Positions 16,737 to 28,128 are shown, counted from the stretch's first letter. The stretch is 64,000 nt of DNA from Candidatus Omnitrophota bacterium (GCA_030674475.1 JAUSCZ010000035.1:6432-70431), one strand, 5' to 3'. Translations and numbers: made by a program. The notes: a model not told the origin generated them from the letters alone.

Positions 16737-17666
16737 CTACTTTGCCAGCTCCGAGGCGTAAACGAATCTGAACCCGCGTTTTTTTAATTCCGGAATAGCT
16801 TGGACCAATACCTCCAGAGTCCTCTTGCGGTCATGGCCTATCCCCACCGCGAAACCCTCCTGCTTAGCCATTTTAGCCAAGGACTCCAGCTGTCCCTGGA
16901 TGTATTCGGCATCGCTTTTATTATCCAAAAAGACACTCCTTCGGGCATAAGGAAGCTTTACCTCTAAGGCTAATTTTGGACAGACGGTTTTTCCGGTAAA
17001 GCTATCTAAGAAATACAGCTTCTTTTTCTTTAGCTCTTCAAAGATTACCCTCATTAAATCTTCACTCTCAGTTGCCTGGGAGCCCATATGGTTAGAGATA
17101 CCTTTTAGGCCCGGAACGCTTTTAAAATCCATCTCTAATATTTTCAAAATTTCCTGCTTAGACATATTAATCAGTAGTGTGTCCGGCTCAAGCTGATATT
17201 GTTTTTCCTGGTGCGGCTCCATCGGAAGATGTAAAATAACTTCTTTGTTAAGCTCTTTGGCTAACTCGGCAATCCGGACAGAATAGGCCCTGCGGGGAAG
17301 TATGGCCAGGGTCAAAGGCGCGTCTATCTGCCTTAACAGCTCAATATTATTCAGATTGTATCCCCAATCATCTAAGACTATGGCGATCTTTCCCTGAGTA
17401 GCAGCCAAATAAGCTTCCCTGCTTTCAGGCTTAGATTGCTCCTTACTCCTTGTCCCGCCAGAAACATCTTGCTTCTTTTGGGCCGCGCTATAGCTTCTAA
17501 CGGGGCTTGCCTTAGGCTGATCTTTTTTTCTTTCGACCTTGGGTTTAGGCATAGCCGGCCGGATGCCTTCCTTTTTCTGGCAAGAGGCAATCAAAAACAC
17601 AGCTTCAATCACCACTATTGCCAGCAGGGCATAAATAGATTTTTGGTAATTAGGTTTACGACGCAT
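16737..17666 (-). CDS. Divergent polysaccharide deacetylase family protein (YibQ-like) with N-terminal TM segment
   Basis: AIVLDDWGYNLNNIELL...LTLAILPRRAYS...ILHLPMEPH motifs of PF04748-like proteins. Confidence 0.6.
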   Translation of the reverse strand: MRRKPNYQKSIYALLAIVVIEAVFLIASCQKKEGIRPAMPKPKVERKKDQPKASPVRSYSAAQKKQDVSGGTRSKEQSKPESREAYLAATQGKIAIVLDDWGYNLNNIELLRQIDAPLTLAILPRRAYSVRIAELAKELNKEVILHLPMEPHQEKQYQLEPDTLLINMSKQEILKILEMDFKSVPGLKGISNHMGSQATESEDLMRVIFEELKKKKLYFLDSFTGKTVCPKLALEVKLPYARRSVFLDNKSDAEYIQGQLESLAKMAKQEGFAVGIGHDRKRTLEVLVQAIPELKKRGFRFVYASELAK

Positions 17667-17761
17667 TACCTCTCCTTTTAAAAATAAGGTTTCGTGTACC
17701 GTGTGCCGTTTACGGTGTACGGTAAACGGTTAGCGGTTAACGGTAAACGCGGCATTCATTA

Positions 17762-19045
17762 TCATCTCTTATTCATCTCTTGGTAGATTCTTATTCCTCG
17801 AATGATGTCTATGGCCCGGATAAGCTGATTATCTTTTTTGTAATCAAAAAGCGTCTCTTTTAGGGGCGGTTCTTTTTCCGCCTTGGGCCCTTTCTCTTTT
17901 ATTTTATCAAAGACATCTTCGGTCCCGGGCTCAACAGCGGTAAAATCAATCCGGCCGGCCTCAACGGTTATATCCGGAATTACTCCCTGATTATGAATTA
18001 CCCGGCCCAGAGGGGTAAAATACTTGCTGGTGGTTAATTTCACCGCCGAGCCATCGGATAAAGGCAGGACCGACTGCACCGAGCCTTTACCGAAAGACTT
18101 GTTTCCGATTATCACCGCCCGCTTGTAGTCTTGTAAGGCCCCGGCCACAATCTCGCTTCCCGAGGCTGAGCCCTGATTAAGTAATACCACCAGAGGAATA
18201 TCTAAATATTTGGGGCAATTTGAGGATTTAAACTCCATATTCTGAAGAGGCACCCGCCCCCTTATGGAAACAATGATTTTGTCAGCCGGAATAAACTTGT
18301 CTACCACTTTAACCGCCACATCCAGCAAGCCGCCGGGATTATTCCTTAAGTCCAAAACTAAACTGTTCATTCCTTCTTCTTTTAATTTGCTCAGGCTTAG
18401 CTCAATATCTTTTGGGGTGGTTTCCCGGAATTCGGTCAGGCGGATATAACCGATATGGTCTTCCAGCATCCGGGCGTATTTAATATCCTTGATTTTAATC
18501 ACATCCCGGATAATCCTAACCTCTAAAAGCTTAGGCGCTCCTTCACGCAAAATAGTTAAAACAACCTCACTTCCCGGCTTACCGCGCAGTTTCTTTACCG
18601 CCTCATCACTGGAGATATTCCGGGTAATCTCACCATCTATCTTTACAATCTTATCCTCCGGCTTTAACCCGGCCTTCCAGGCCGGGGTATCCTCAATAGG
18701 GGTTATCACCGTAAGCAGGCCGTCTTTAATGGTAATCTCTATTCCTAACCCTCCAAACTTGCCCTCGGTATCCGTCTTCAGCTCTTTGTAGCGCTCGGGG
18801 TCAAGGAACTCACTGTAGGGATCAAGCGAAGAAAGCATTCCCCGCATCGCCCCGTAGATTAAATCCTTGGTCTTGGGCTCATCCACATATTCCCCGTTGA
18901 TTAAACTTAAGGTATCCGAGAATAATTCCAATTGTTTATAGAGCTCGTTTCTTTTTTTGCGCTCGCCGTCATCAGAAAAGGCGGAAAAAGAAAAACTCAA
19001 AACCACTACCGCGGCAATCAAAATTGAGCTTATTTTCTTACACAT
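17762..19045 (-). CDS. ctpA: Carboxyl-terminal processing protease (S41 family)
   Basis: PDZ domain plus S41 catalytic segment (LVLDLRNNPGGLL..., ...GSASGSEIVAG...K). Confidence 0.85.
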   Translation of the reverse strand: MCKKISSILIAAVVVLSFSFSAFSDDGERKKRNELYKQLELFSDTLSLINGEYVDEPKTKDLIYGAMRGMLSSLDPYSEFLDPERYKELKTDTEGKFGGLGIEITIKDGLLTVITPIEDTPAWKAGLKPEDKIVKIDGEITRNISSDEAVKKLRGKPGSEVVLTILREGAPKLLEVRIIRDVIKIKDIKYARMLEDHIGYIRLTEFRETTPKDIELSLSKLKEEGMNSLVLDLRNNPGGLLDVAVKVVDKFIPADKIIVSIRGRVPLQNMEFKSSNCPKYLDIPLVVLLNQGSASGSEIVAGALQDYKRAVIIGNKSFGKGSVQSVLPLSDGSAVKLTTSKYFTPLGRVIHNQGVIPDITVEAGRIDFTAVEPGTEDVFDKIKEKGPKAEKEPPLKETLFDYKKDNQLIRAIDIIRGIRIYQEMNKR

Positions 19046-20462
19046 TGGTTAATTTCTCCTTAAGCATTTCCTGGGCCACCTTGGGGTTAGCCTTGCCTTT
19101 GCTTTGGCGCATGACCTGGCCCACCAAAAACATCAGGGCATTGGCTTTACCGGATGAATAATCCTGGACCGACTTTTGGTTGGCGGAAATGACCGCGTCA
19201 ATGATAGCGCTTAATTCTCCCGAGTCGCAAATCTGCAAGAGGTCTTTTTCCTGGATAATCTCCTCAACTGTCTTTTTGCTGTTGAGCCTTGCAGTCAAGA
19301 CTTCCTTCGCGGACAGATTGCTGATTTTATCTTGATCAACAAAACTTATTAAAGTAGTTAACTCCGGCGGTTTTAGGCCCAAAGATTGAATATCCAGATT
19401 CCGGGAGTTTAATTCATAACTTAGCGGCCCGATAAGCCAATTGCTGATACTCTTGGCCTGGGGATAAATCTTAAAACAGGCCTCAAAATAATCCGCGACT
19501 CGCTTTTCCTGGGCCAAAATCTCAACATCATAATCGCTCAAGCCGTAGTCGCGGATGAACCTTTGCTTGAGGGCTTGAGGCAGTTCCGGAAGATTATCCT
19601 TGACCGCCTTTATCTTTTCCTCAGTCAAGACAAAACCCGGCAGGTCCGGCTCAGTAAAATAACGATAATCCATGGCCTCTTCTTTACTGCGCATGGCAAC
19701 AGTCTTGGCTGACACCTCATCCCACAAAAGAGTTTCCTGAATTATCCTTTGTCCGCTTTCCAGGATCCCGGTCTGTCTTTTTATTTCATAGTTCAAAGCC
19801 TCCCGGACCGCCTTAAAAGAATTCATATTTTTTAATTCGGTCTTGGTCCCTAATTTTTCCGCGCCGATAAGCCGTAAAGAAATATTAGCATCGCATCTTA
19901 AAGAACCCTTCTCCATATCGCAGTCAGAAACCTCTAAATATTTGAGTATAGCCTTAAGCTCACTCAGGTATTCATAGGCCTCATCGGGAGAATGTATCTC
20001 GGGCTCGGTAACTATCTCTAAAAGGGGAACTCCGGCCCGGTTATAATCCACCAGACTGCCCTCCCCCTCATGGATAAGCTTCCCGGCATCCTCCTCCAGA
20101 TGCACCCTTTTTACGGGAATGGTCTTTTCTCTGTCCTTGATTTTAATCTTCAGGCCTCCATCCAAAGCCAGGGGCAGGTCATACTGGGAAATCTGGTAGT
20201 TTTTAGGCAGGTCAGGATAAAAATAATGCTTGCGGTCAAACTTGGTAAAATTCTGGATTTGGCAATTTAAGGCCAAAGCTGCCTTCATCCCGTGCTCAAA
20301 AGCCATCTCATTAAGCACCGGCAGGCTTCCCGGAAAACCCAGGCAGACCGGACAGGTCCGCGTATTAGCCGGAGCCCCGAATTCGTTAAGGCACCCGCAA
20401 AAAGCCTTGGTCCTAGTCTTTAACTGAGCATGCACCTCTAAACCGATAACTGTCTCGTACAT
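19038..20462 (-). CDS. gatB: Asp-tRNA(Asn)/Glu-tRNA(Gln) amidotransferase subunit B
   Basis: MYETVIGLEVHAQL...FCGC N-terminus typical of GatB. Confidence 0.9.
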   Translation of the reverse strand: MYETVIGLEVHAQLKTRTKAFCGCLNEFGAPANTRTCPVCLGFPGSLPVLNEMAFEHGMKAALALNCQIQNFTKFDRKHYFYPDLPKNYQISQYDLPLALDGGLKIKIKDREKTIPVKRVHLEEDAGKLIHEGEGSLVDYNRAGVPLLEIVTEPEIHSPDEAYEYLSELKAILKYLEVSDCDMEKGSLRCDANISLRLIGAEKLGTKTELKNMNSFKAVREALNYEIKRQTGILESGQRIIQETLLWDEVSAKTVAMRSKEEAMDYRYFTEPDLPGFVLTEEKIKAVKDNLPELPQALKQRFIRDYGLSDYDVEILAQEKRVADYFEACFKIYPQAKSISNWLIGPLSYELNSRNLDIQSLGLKPPELTTLISFVDQDKISNLSAKEVLTARLNSKKTVEEIIQEKDLLQICDSGELSAIIDAVISANQKSVQDYSSGKANALMFLVGQVMRQSKGKANPKVAQEMLKEKLTNV

Positions 20463-20503
20463 ATTTTAACGTTGAGCGTTGAGCGATATTTTCTATTCGC
20501 CAT

Positions 20504-21937
20504 TTAAATCTTTGGTTTCAGCTTATGCCAGGGAGTGGCTTGCTCGTAATTATAAGCGGTTCGAAAAAGCATTTCTTCATCAAAGGCCTTGGCGGTTATT
20601 TGCAGTCCTATGGGCAGCCCTTTCTTGCTGAAACCGCAAGGAACGGATATTGCCGGCACCCCGGCGAGGTTAGCCGAGATGGTATAGACATCCGAAAGAT
20701 ACATCGCCAGGGGATTCTCTAACTTTTCCCCCAGCCCAAACGCGGTGGTTGGAGAAGTCGGGGTAACGATACAATCATATTCCTTAAAGGCCTCGGTGAA
20801 ATCCCGGGCAATCAGGGCCCGCACCTTAAGCGCCCTCACATAGTAAGCCTCATAATAGCCGTGGGATAAAACATAAGTCCCTAAGATAATTCTGCGCTTG
20901 GCCTCCGGGCCAAATCCTGCTTGGCGGGTTTTTTTATACATAGCAATAAGATTATCCGCGCTCCTTACCCGCAGGCCATATTGCACCCCGTCAAAACGGG
21001 CCAGGTTAGAGCTGGCCTCAGCCGTAGCCACGATATAATACACCCCCACCGCGTATTCGGTATGCGGCAGGCTGACTTCACTCACCACCGCCCCCAGCTT
21101 TCTCAATTGGGCAATTGCTTCCTCAACGGCTTCTTTAACCTCTCCGTCTAATCCCTCAAGCCCGGCATTCGCGGATAAACTAAAATATTCCTTAGGGACG
21201 CCGATTTTTATACCCTTAATATCCTTTTCTAAGGATTTTAGATAATCCCCCACCGGCAAGTTTAAAGATGTGGAATCCCTGGGGTCATGGCCGGAGATTA
21301 TACTGGTAAGATAAGCGTTATCCCGGACATCCTTGGTCAGCGGGCCGATCTGGTCCAGGCTGGAGGCAAAGGCAATCAGCCCGTAGCGGGAAACCCGGCC
21401 GTAGGTAGGCTTAAGCCCCACCACCCCGCAAAAAGAAGCCGGTTGGCGGATTGAGCCGCCGGTATCCGAACCCAAAGCCCAGACTGCTTCATCTCCGGCC
21501 ACTGCCGCGGCTGAGCCGCCGGAGGAGCCGCCGGGAACACAATCCAGATTCCAGGGATTACGGGTAGGAAAGAACGCGGAATTTTCGCAGGATGAACCAA
21601 AGGCAAACTCATCCATATTAGTCTGGCCCTGGATAATAAAACCGGCGTTTTTTAACCTTTGGATTACCGTGGCGTCATAAGGCGGGATAAAGTTTTCTAA
21701 AATCTTAGAAGCGCAAGTTGTGGGTTGGCCCTGGATACAAATATTATCTTTGACGGCTATAGGAATACCGGAGGTAGTATTATCGGTAAAACGCGCGAAA
21801 GCCTTAACCTTACCCTCAACTGCCTTTGTTCTCAGACTTTGAGATTCCAAGATATCCGCGATACCTATCTTTTTTTGTTTTATCAAATCTAAAAGCTCAA
21901 GACCGGTGAGAGCATAGAGGGGTTTTTCAGCAGGCAT
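20504..21937 (-). CDS. gatA: Glu-tRNA(Gln) amidotransferase subunit A
   Basis: Amidase signature [12 protein letters not shown]. Confidence 0.9.
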   Translation of the reverse strand: MPAEKPLYALTGLELLDLIKQKKIGIADILESQSLRTKAVEGKVKAFARFTDNTTSGIPIAVKDNICIQGQPTTCASKILENFIPPYDATVIQRLKNAGFIIQGQTNMDEFAFGSSCENSAFFPTRNPWNLDCVPGGSSGGSAAAVAGDEAVWALGSDTGGSIRQPASFCGVVGLKPTYGRVSRYGLIAFASSLDQIGPLTKDVRDNAYLTSIISGHDPRDSTSLNLPVGDYLKSLEKDIKGIKIGVPKEYFSLSANAGLEGLDGEVKEAVEEAIAQLRKLGAVVSEVSLPHTEYAVGVYYIVATAEASSNLARFDGVQYGLRVRSADNLIAMYKKTRQAGFGPEAKRRIILGTYVLSHGYYEAYYVRALKVRALIARDFTEAFKEYDCIVTPTSPTTAFGLGEKLENPLAMYLSDVYTISANLAGVPAISVPCGFSKKGLPIGLQITAKAFDEEMLFRTAYNYEQATPWHKLKPKI

Positions 21938-22225
21938 TTATTCGATTACCTTGGGCACGCGAAAATGCCCTTTCAGGCTTTCCGGGGCATTTTTCAATAC
22001 CAGGGCATTCGGCAGGGATTCTCCGGGAATATCGGCCCTTAAGACATTTTGGATATCCAGAATATGGCTCATCGGCTTCACAGAAGAAACATCCGCTTTT
22101 TTAAGCTTCGCAATAAATTCCAGCACTGATTCCAATTGCCCGGAAAATAAATTCAATTCTTCCTGATTCAATTCTATCCTGGCTAAATTCGCCACCTTCA
22201 AGACATCATCTTTGGAAATTATCAT
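21938..22225 (-). CDS. gatC: Glu-tRNA(Gln) amidotransferase subunit C
   Basis: 95-aa GatC-like protein immediately upstream of gatA and gatB. Confidence 0.8.
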   Translation of the reverse strand: MIISKDDVLKVANLARIELNQEELNLFSGQLESVLEFIAKLKKADVSSVKPMSHILDIQNVLRADIPGESLPNALVLKNAPESLKGHFRVPKVIE

Positions 22226-22332
22226 TCTTGAATTATAACACCGCTTACTATAGCTGTCAAAGTAAAAAACCCTCGATAAGTAACGCGTCAGCCAACGGGA
22301 GGAAATCTCCCCTCACCCTGAAAATCCCCCTC

Positions 22333-22399
22333 CCTGCCTGCCGGCAGGCAGGGTTTGGCTTTCAATATAGTAGGGGCAGGTTCAGAACCTGCCCCTACT
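22333..22399. repeat. Composite of a family-B palindrome (CCTGCCTGCCGGCAGGCAGG) and a family-C palindrome variant
   Basis: ccctgcctgccggcaggcaggg at 22333-22353. agtaggggcaggttcagaacctgcccctact at 22369-22399. Other family-B copies at 1766-1785, 3489-3509, 13690-13712 and 15554-15569. Confidence 0.65.
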
Positions 22400-22472
22400 C
22401 AACGGGGGTTAGGGGGATTTTTAAAAAAAAGCCCCCGTTTAGTGGCCGGTTACCTCGATAACTCACGATTGG

Positions 22473-23183
22473 TTATTCGCCTTGCTGTTCTATAAAATGA
22501 ATAATGACGCTGAAAGCGGCCAGGGGTGAGTCTAATTCTTTGGGCAGGGGAGGAAACGGTGAGGCATCCAACAGGCCTTCGACAGCCATACGTTTTAATC
22601 TTTCACTGGCCTGGCTTTTTTCATTAATCACCCGATACTCCAGGAGTGAACCGTCAGCCTTCAGGGCGAATTTAAGGCAGACCACGCCTTCATCGCTGAC
22701 CTCGGAAAACTTATTATACAGGCATCTTCGAATGCGCTCGCGCAGGAAATTATTATAGGTAAGATAGGCCGGTTTCCGGGCTAGCTTAAGCGAAGACTCC
22801 ATCTCCACCTCGGAAAGCTTAATCGGGGCATTGCGTGAAAACTCAATTCTTCCCAGGGCGGGTTTTTGAACTGACCTTGAGAACATTGCCGAAACATCAT
22901 CGCGCTTGGCGCCGGAAAAGGGCAGGCTGTCCTCGAAAAACTTATTATCGGCGGATAAAGACAGAGGCTGACTTAAGCTAAGTTTATCCGGGTTATCCCG
23001 GGTTTTACTTTTAATCCGGGCCTTTTCTAAAACTGCCGGTTTAATCTTTAAATAATTGACCTCTATTCCTTTAATTATATTATCTTTAGGCAGGATATTC
23101 AGCACCGATAAGGAAAATAAAATAAGGATATGCGCCGATAAGGATATAGCCAGGGCCCAGGGAAAATTCCTATTCTCTCGCAT
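22473..23183 (-). CDS. tonB: TonB-family protein (N-terminal TM anchor, C-terminal TonB_C domain)
   Basis: The C-terminus VVCLKFALKADGSLLEYRVINEKSQASERLKRMAVEGLLDASPFPPLP matches the TonB C-terminal domain. Confidence 0.6.
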   Translation of the reverse strand: MRENRNFPWALAISLSAHILILFSLSVLNILPKDNIIKGIEVNYLKIKPAVLEKARIKSKTRDNPDKLSLSQPLSLSADNKFFEDSLPFSGAKRDDVSAMFSRSVQKPALGRIEFSRNAPIKLSEVEMESSLKLARKPAYLTYNNFLRERIRRCLYNKFSEVSDEGVVCLKFALKADGSLLEYRVINEKSQASERLKRMAVEGLLDASPFPPLPKELDSPLAAFSVIIHFIEQQGE

Positions 23184-23296
23184 ATTTTCAGTATATCAGA
23201 TTTTTCTTTTGAATCAAGCGCCCAACACCTGAAACGAATAACAGTGTATGGCGTATGATTTATAGCTAAAACAACAACCATAAACTACGCATTAAT

Positions 23297-23935
23297 TTAT
23301 TTCTGAGGCTTTCTCATCTTCAGGAATTCGATAACCGCCGGAATCACGGAAAGGACAATGATTGCCAATATCACCTCTGAGAAATGTTCTTTGACTAAAG
23401 GGATATTCCCGAAATAAAACCCCGCGCAATAAAAAAGCAGGACCCAAACACACCCCCCGGCTATATTGTAAAGCAGGAACTTCCGATAATCCATACGCAC
23501 AATTCCGGCCACAAAAGGCGCGAAGGTGCGCACTATAGGCAAAAAACGGGCCAGGATAATGGTCTTACCGCCATATTTTTTATAGAAGTGGTGGGTGCGG
23601 TCAAGATATTCCTTCTTAAAAAACGGTATATGCTTGGCCTGAGTAAGCCGCTTGCCGAAATATTTGCCTATCGCGTAATTTACGCTGTCTCCGGCAATCG
23701 CCGCCGCCAGTAATATTCCTCCCATAAGAAACGGCTGGAACGCGCCTTGGGCCGAAAAAGCCCCTACCACAAAAAGCAGGGAATCTCCCGGCAAAAATGG
23801 GGTTAAGACCAAACCGGTCTCGGCAAAAATTATCCCAAATAGAACAAGATAGGTCCATGCTCCGCACTGCTGAATAATAACCATTAAATGCTTATCAAAA
23901 TGCATAAAGAAACCAAGAATACCCGGTAATTCCAT
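23297..23935 (-). CDS. DedA/SNARE-associated family membrane protein
   Basis: AETGLVLTPFLPGDSLLFVVG motif. Confidence 0.75.
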   Translation of the reverse strand: MELPGILGFFMHFDKHLMVIIQQCGAWTYLVLFGIIFAETGLVLTPFLPGDSLLFVVGAFSAQGAFQPFLMGGILLAAAIAGDSVNYAIGKYFGKRLTQAKHIPFFKKEYLDRTHHFYKKYGGKTIILARFLPIVRTFAPFVAGIVRMDYRKFLLYNIAGGCVWVLLFYCAGFYFGNIPLVKEHFSEVILAIIVLSVIPAVIEFLKMRKPQK

Positions 23936-24005
23936 AATTTATTATCTCCTCTCTAATCGCTAAAACGCAAAAAGTAGATAAGAAAATTTCGCGCTTTCGC
24001 GGTGT

Positions 24006-25694
24006 TTAACATATTTCGCGTTTCCGCGTTGTAAAAAATAACACCCGCGCCGCCTCCATAATCAATAGCAAACTCAAACCCAAAAGCAGAATCCCGCATA
24101 CACCTAAGAGCCAGATATCCGCTGAAGGGAAAACTCCGCCTGATATATTGAACAATGATTTCACAAAAGGCAGGCTCAAATTAACCAATGCCCAGGAAGT
24201 TACCGTGAACATAAATATCATCGGCAGGATAGTATACCAGGGCCGGCGGCCTAAATGAATAAGCCATAGCGATACCGCCAGCAGAATAATACTGGCTAAC
24301 AACTGATTGCTGGCCCCGAACAACGGCCAGGCGGCCAGATACCCTTTCTCTTTAGAGGCCATCAGAAAAACAAACGGCAGTAACACGCTGGCAATGCCGG
24401 CCACTAAGCCCCCCTTCTTTGAAGACATCCCGGTTAACTCCTGGAAGATATAACGCGCCAGCCGCGTGCAGACATCCAATGTGTCATACACAAAAGTAGA
24501 GAATGCCAGCAGGGCAAAGGTAAACGCTAATTGATACGGAATATTAAAAAGCGCCAAAGATTTGGCAATCCCGCCGGCATAAATAAGGTTAGGGTCAGCT
24601 TTTAAAAGAGGGCTGTTTTTGGGTAAAATAATTACGGTAATAATCGCCAGCACCGCCACCAGACCCTCAAGAAGCATCGCGCCATAGGTTATCGGCACGC
24701 AGTCTCTTTCCTTCTTCACCTGCTTGGCGGTGGTGCCGGAGGAGACAATCCCGTGGAATCCGGAACAAGCGCCGCAGGCGATAGTAATAAAAAGAATCGG
24801 AAATATATTTTTTCCGTTTGCCAGGCTCTTCAGCCCGCTGAGGTTAATAGCCGGATATTCTATGGAGAATCCCCCGCACAATGCCCCGGCCAGGCCGATA
24901 AATATAACCAGATACAGAAACCAGCCGCCCAAATACCCCCGCGGCTGAAGCAAAAGCCAGACCGGGATTACCGAAGCAATGAGGCAATAAAACAATAACA
25001 GCACATCCCACTGTTTTACCGAAAGGGCCGAAAGCGGCGCCAAGAGCTGGTTTGGCAGATGCGGCCCCAACCAGACAATCCCCAAAAGAAACGGTAAAAA
25101 TATAATAGTTGCCTTCCAGAGCGCGAGCTTACCGCGATAAAGCGCGATTCCCATAATCATTGCTACTATAAGATACAAAACCGAAGAAGCCGCTACCCCC
25201 GACCCAAAGGCAGCGCCTTCTATGTTCGTTTTAAAGGTGTGGGCGGTAATATCGGTAAAGGTAATAATCACATATTCCAGGGCCAGCCAGACAAAAATAA
25301 GGAAGAATTTATAGGAGCGCCCGGGCATATATCTTTTAATTACTTCACCAATTGATGTCCCCCTGTGCCGTATGGAGGCGGCCAAGGCAAAAAAATCATG
25401 CGCTCCTCCGATAAATACCGCGCCTATAACCACCCATAATAACGCGGGCAGCCAGCCAAACCAGAGACAGGCGATGATAGGCCCGACAATCGGCCCGGCC
25501 GCGGCAATCGCGGAAAAGTGCTGGGCTAAAATTAAGGCGGGCTTGGCCGGGACATAATCAATGCCGTCGTTTATACTACAGGCAGGAGTGATAAAGTCAT
25601 CATTGAGCGGTATCCTCTTTCCCAGGAAACGCCCGTAAAAAATATAGGCCAGAAGAAAGATACCTATAACAGTCAAAACAATTAAGCTAATCAT
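24006..25694 (-). CDS. cstA: Carbon starvation protein A family transporter
   Basis: N-terminal segment ...ALILAQHFSAIAAAGPIVGPI... plus multi-TM topology, typical of CstA. Confidence 0.8.
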   Translation of the reverse strand: MISLIVLTVIGIFLLAYIFYGRFLGKRIPLNDDFITPACSINDGIDYVPAKPALILAQHFSAIAAAGPIVGPIIACLWFGWLPALLWVVIGAVFIGGAHDFFALAASIRHRGTSIGEVIKRYMPGRSYKFFLIFVWLALEYVIITFTDITAHTFKTNIEGAAFGSGVAASSVLYLIVAMIMGIALYRGKLALWKATIIFLPFLLGIVWLGPHLPNQLLAPLSALSVKQWDVLLLFYCLIASVIPVWLLLQPRGYLGGWFLYLVIFIGLAGALCGGFSIEYPAINLSGLKSLANGKNIFPILFITIACGACSGFHGIVSSGTTAKQVKKERDCVPITYGAMLLEGLVAVLAIITVIILPKNSPLLKADPNLIYAGGIAKSLALFNIPYQLAFTFALLAFSTFVYDTLDVCTRLARYIFQELTGMSSKKGGLVAGIASVLLPFVFLMASKEKGYLAAWPLFGASNQLLASIILLAVSLWLIHLGRRPWYTILPMIFMFTVTSWALVNLSLPFVKSLFNISGGVFPSADIWLLGVCGILLLGLSLLLIMEAARVLFFTTRKREIC

Positions 25695-25761
25695 AATTTA
25701 CTATTTCTAAAAAAAAAGCCAGAAAACCATTCTGGCCTTTTTTTCTCAAACCGCGTAAGAG

Positions 25762-28035
25762 CTAAAACCCATGCTCGCGGCGGGTATTCTTGAAACTAAG
25801 CGCTCCGTGCTTTGAATAGAGAATTGCCCCAAATATCAAAAGAGAGCATATCACTATAGCAACAATGATTCTGGGGTCACTGCGTTGATACCGGATAAGG
25901 ATTGGAGCGGCAAGAAGCGAAACTAAATTAATTACCTTTATCATCGGATTTAAGGCCGGCCCCGCGGTATCTTTAAGCGGATCGCCCACAGTATCGCCGA
26001 CTATCGATGCCTTATGCGCCTCCGAGCCCTTACCGCCATGCAGGCCGTCTTCAATGGTCTTTTTGGCATTATCCCAGGCGCCTCCGGCGGTTGACATAAA
26101 TACCGCTAAAAGCTGTCCGGAAAGGATTACCCCGGCGAGGAATCCGCCTAATGCCTCTACACCAAGCAGCATCCCTATCAAAATCGGACTGACCACCGCG
26201 ATCAAGGACAAGCCAATTAATTCCTTTTGCGCGGCTACGGTGCAGATATCCACCGCGTTTTTATAGTCAGGCTTGACTTTTCCTTCCATTATCCCGGGGA
26301 TACGAAACTGCCTGCGCACTTCTTCAACTATTAATGCCGCGGCGCGGGCAACAGCATTAATGGTCAACGCGGAAAATAAACAGGGAATCGCCCCTCCTAA
26401 CAACATTCCGATAAATACGGCGGGAACAGACACCCGTATACCGGTAACAAAGAGTTGGAGATTTTCCACGATGCCCATCTGCGCCTGAACTTTGCTTACA
26501 TCAGTAATGAACGAACCAAAGAGCGAGACCGCCGCGATTACCGCTGAACCTATAGCTAACCCCTTGGTAATAGCCTTGGTGGTATTTCCTACCGCATCCA
26601 GGTCTGCCAAAATCTTACGCGCCTCCGGCTCCAAACGCGCCATTTCGCCGATACCGTTGGCATTGTCAGCGATAGGGCCAAAGGAATCCATAGCCACGTT
26701 GTTTCCAGTTAGAGTAAGCATCCCAATACCGGTCATTGCCACGCCATAGAGCACAAATACCGCCGGCTGTCCCCAGTAAATCAGGATTGCCGCGAGTATG
26801 GTTACCGCGATGACGATAAACTGCCAGGCCGAAGATTCAAAACCGATTGAAAGCCCGCGCAGGATTAAGGTCGCCGAGCCTGTTTTTGAAGAATGGGCAA
26901 TCTCCTTTACCGGAGGATGTTGGGTATGGGTAAAATATTTGGTAATTTCATCAATGACTATCGCCAAAGCTATCCCGACCCCTACAGAAAGGAACGCCCT
27001 CCATTCGTGCATATAAAACATAGAGAGGAAGAAAAAGGCAACTATAGAAATACCTGCTGAGGCATAAAACCCTTTATTGATACTGGAAAAGGCATCCTGA
27101 TTCTTGCCTTCCCCTTTTACCAGATAGGTGCCAAAGATAGAAGAAAGCACCCCGATTCCTCGCACCAAAAGCGGAAAAACAATCCATTTTAGCTCATGGG
27201 TAAGCGATACTAACGCCAGCCCTAAAATCAACCCCGCGACTATGGTTACCTCGTAAGACTCAAAGATATCCGCGGCCATTCCCGCGCAGTCTCCGACATT
27301 GTCCCCTACCAAATCCGCGATTACCGCGGCATTACGGGGATCATCCTCAGGGATATTTTGCTCAACCTTCCCCACTAAATCCGCGCCCACATCCGCGGCC
27401 TTGGTGAAAATACCGCCGCCAACACGCATAAATAAAGCCAGCAGGGTTCCCCCGAAACCAAAACCCAAAAGCACATCCGGTGAGGCGATCCCGAATATAA
27501 TGAAAATAACCGTGCCTCCTAACAGCCCCAGCCCATCTGTCAACATACCGGTAACCGTACCGGAGCGATAAGCGATTTTCAGGGCTTCCGCGAAACTCCT
27601 GCGGGCAGCAGATGCTACCCGGACATTGCCTTCAACTGCCATACGCATCCCGAACTGCCCGACTATCAGAGAGAATATCGCCCCCATGACAAAGGCGGCC
27701 GCGCGGCCAAAGCCGACAATTAAACGTACGGTTTCAGATGAATACGCGCTAAAACGATGCAACGCCTCTTCACTAGGAGGAATGATATAGACAGAAAAAA
27801 ACAGGACCGCCGTAAGCACGAAGATTAACGGCAAAATGGTCTTTAACTGGCGGGCTAAATAGGCATCAGCACCCAGGCGAATGGCCTGCCAGACCTCCTG
27901 CATTTTAGCTGTGCCTTTGTCGTGGCGCATAATCTGATAACGCAGTAAAAACGCGTACCCCAGCCCTATGATGGCAATAAACAGCACTACCCAAATCGAG
28001 ATAATTTCAAATAACGTTGCATCCATGCTAAACAT
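25762..28035 (-). CDS. hppA: Membrane-bound ion-translocating pyrophosphatase (V-PPase)
   Basis: GDNVGDCAGMAADIFESYEV and related V-PPase motifs. 757 aa polytopic protein. Confidence 0.9.
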   Translation of the reverse strand: MFSMDATLFEIISIWVVLFIAIIGLGYAFLLRYQIMRHDKGTAKMQEVWQAIRLGADAYLARQLKTILPLIFVLTAVLFFSVYIIPPSEEALHRFSAYSSETVRLIVGFGRAAAFVMGAIFSLIVGQFGMRMAVEGNVRVASAARRSFAEALKIAYRSGTVTGMLTDGLGLLGGTVIFIIFGIASPDVLLGFGFGGTLLALFMRVGGGIFTKAADVGADLVGKVEQNIPEDDPRNAAVIADLVGDNVGDCAGMAADIFESYEVTIVAGLILGLALVSLTHELKWIVFPLLVRGIGVLSSIFGTYLVKGEGKNQDAFSSINKGFYASAGISIVAFFFLSMFYMHEWRAFLSVGVGIALAIVIDEITKYFTHTQHPPVKEIAHSSKTGSATLILRGLSIGFESSAWQFIVIAVTILAAILIYWGQPAVFVLYGVAMTGIGMLTLTGNNVAMDSFGPIADNANGIGEMARLEPEARKILADLDAVGNTTKAITKGLAIGSAVIAAVSLFGSFITDVSKVQAQMGIVENLQLFVTGIRVSVPAVFIGMLLGGAIPCLFSALTINAVARAAALIVEEVRRQFRIPGIMEGKVKPDYKNAVDICTVAAQKELIGLSLIAVVSPILIGMLLGVEALGGFLAGVILSGQLLAVFMSTAGGAWDNAKKTIEDGLHGGKGSEAHKASIVGDTVGDPLKDTAGPALNPMIKVINLVSLLAAPILIRYQRSDPRIIVAIVICSLLIFGAILYSKHGALSFKNTRREHGF

Positions 28036-28128
28036 AGCGCGTCTTCTCCTTTTCCATTCTTAGGTACTTATCACATACTTTCTCACACACTATACTGAAT
28101 CCATTTTATTTTGTCAATATAATGTTAC

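Noticed and set aside
22400-22445. Possible Rho-independent terminator after tonB (AACGGGGG...GCCCCCGTT with A/T runs)
   Set aside because: The hairpin and U-tract geometry is ambiguous on the minus strand. The U-run lies inside the loop rather than after the stem. I left it uncalled.
26054-27571. Several 70-90 aa plus-strand ORFs inside hppA, and likewise 7744..9310 and 9728..10156 inside ppdK
   Set aside because: They are antisense to long, well-supported genes and their Ala/Pro/Ser-rich products are typical shadow ORFs. None has a start-site context.
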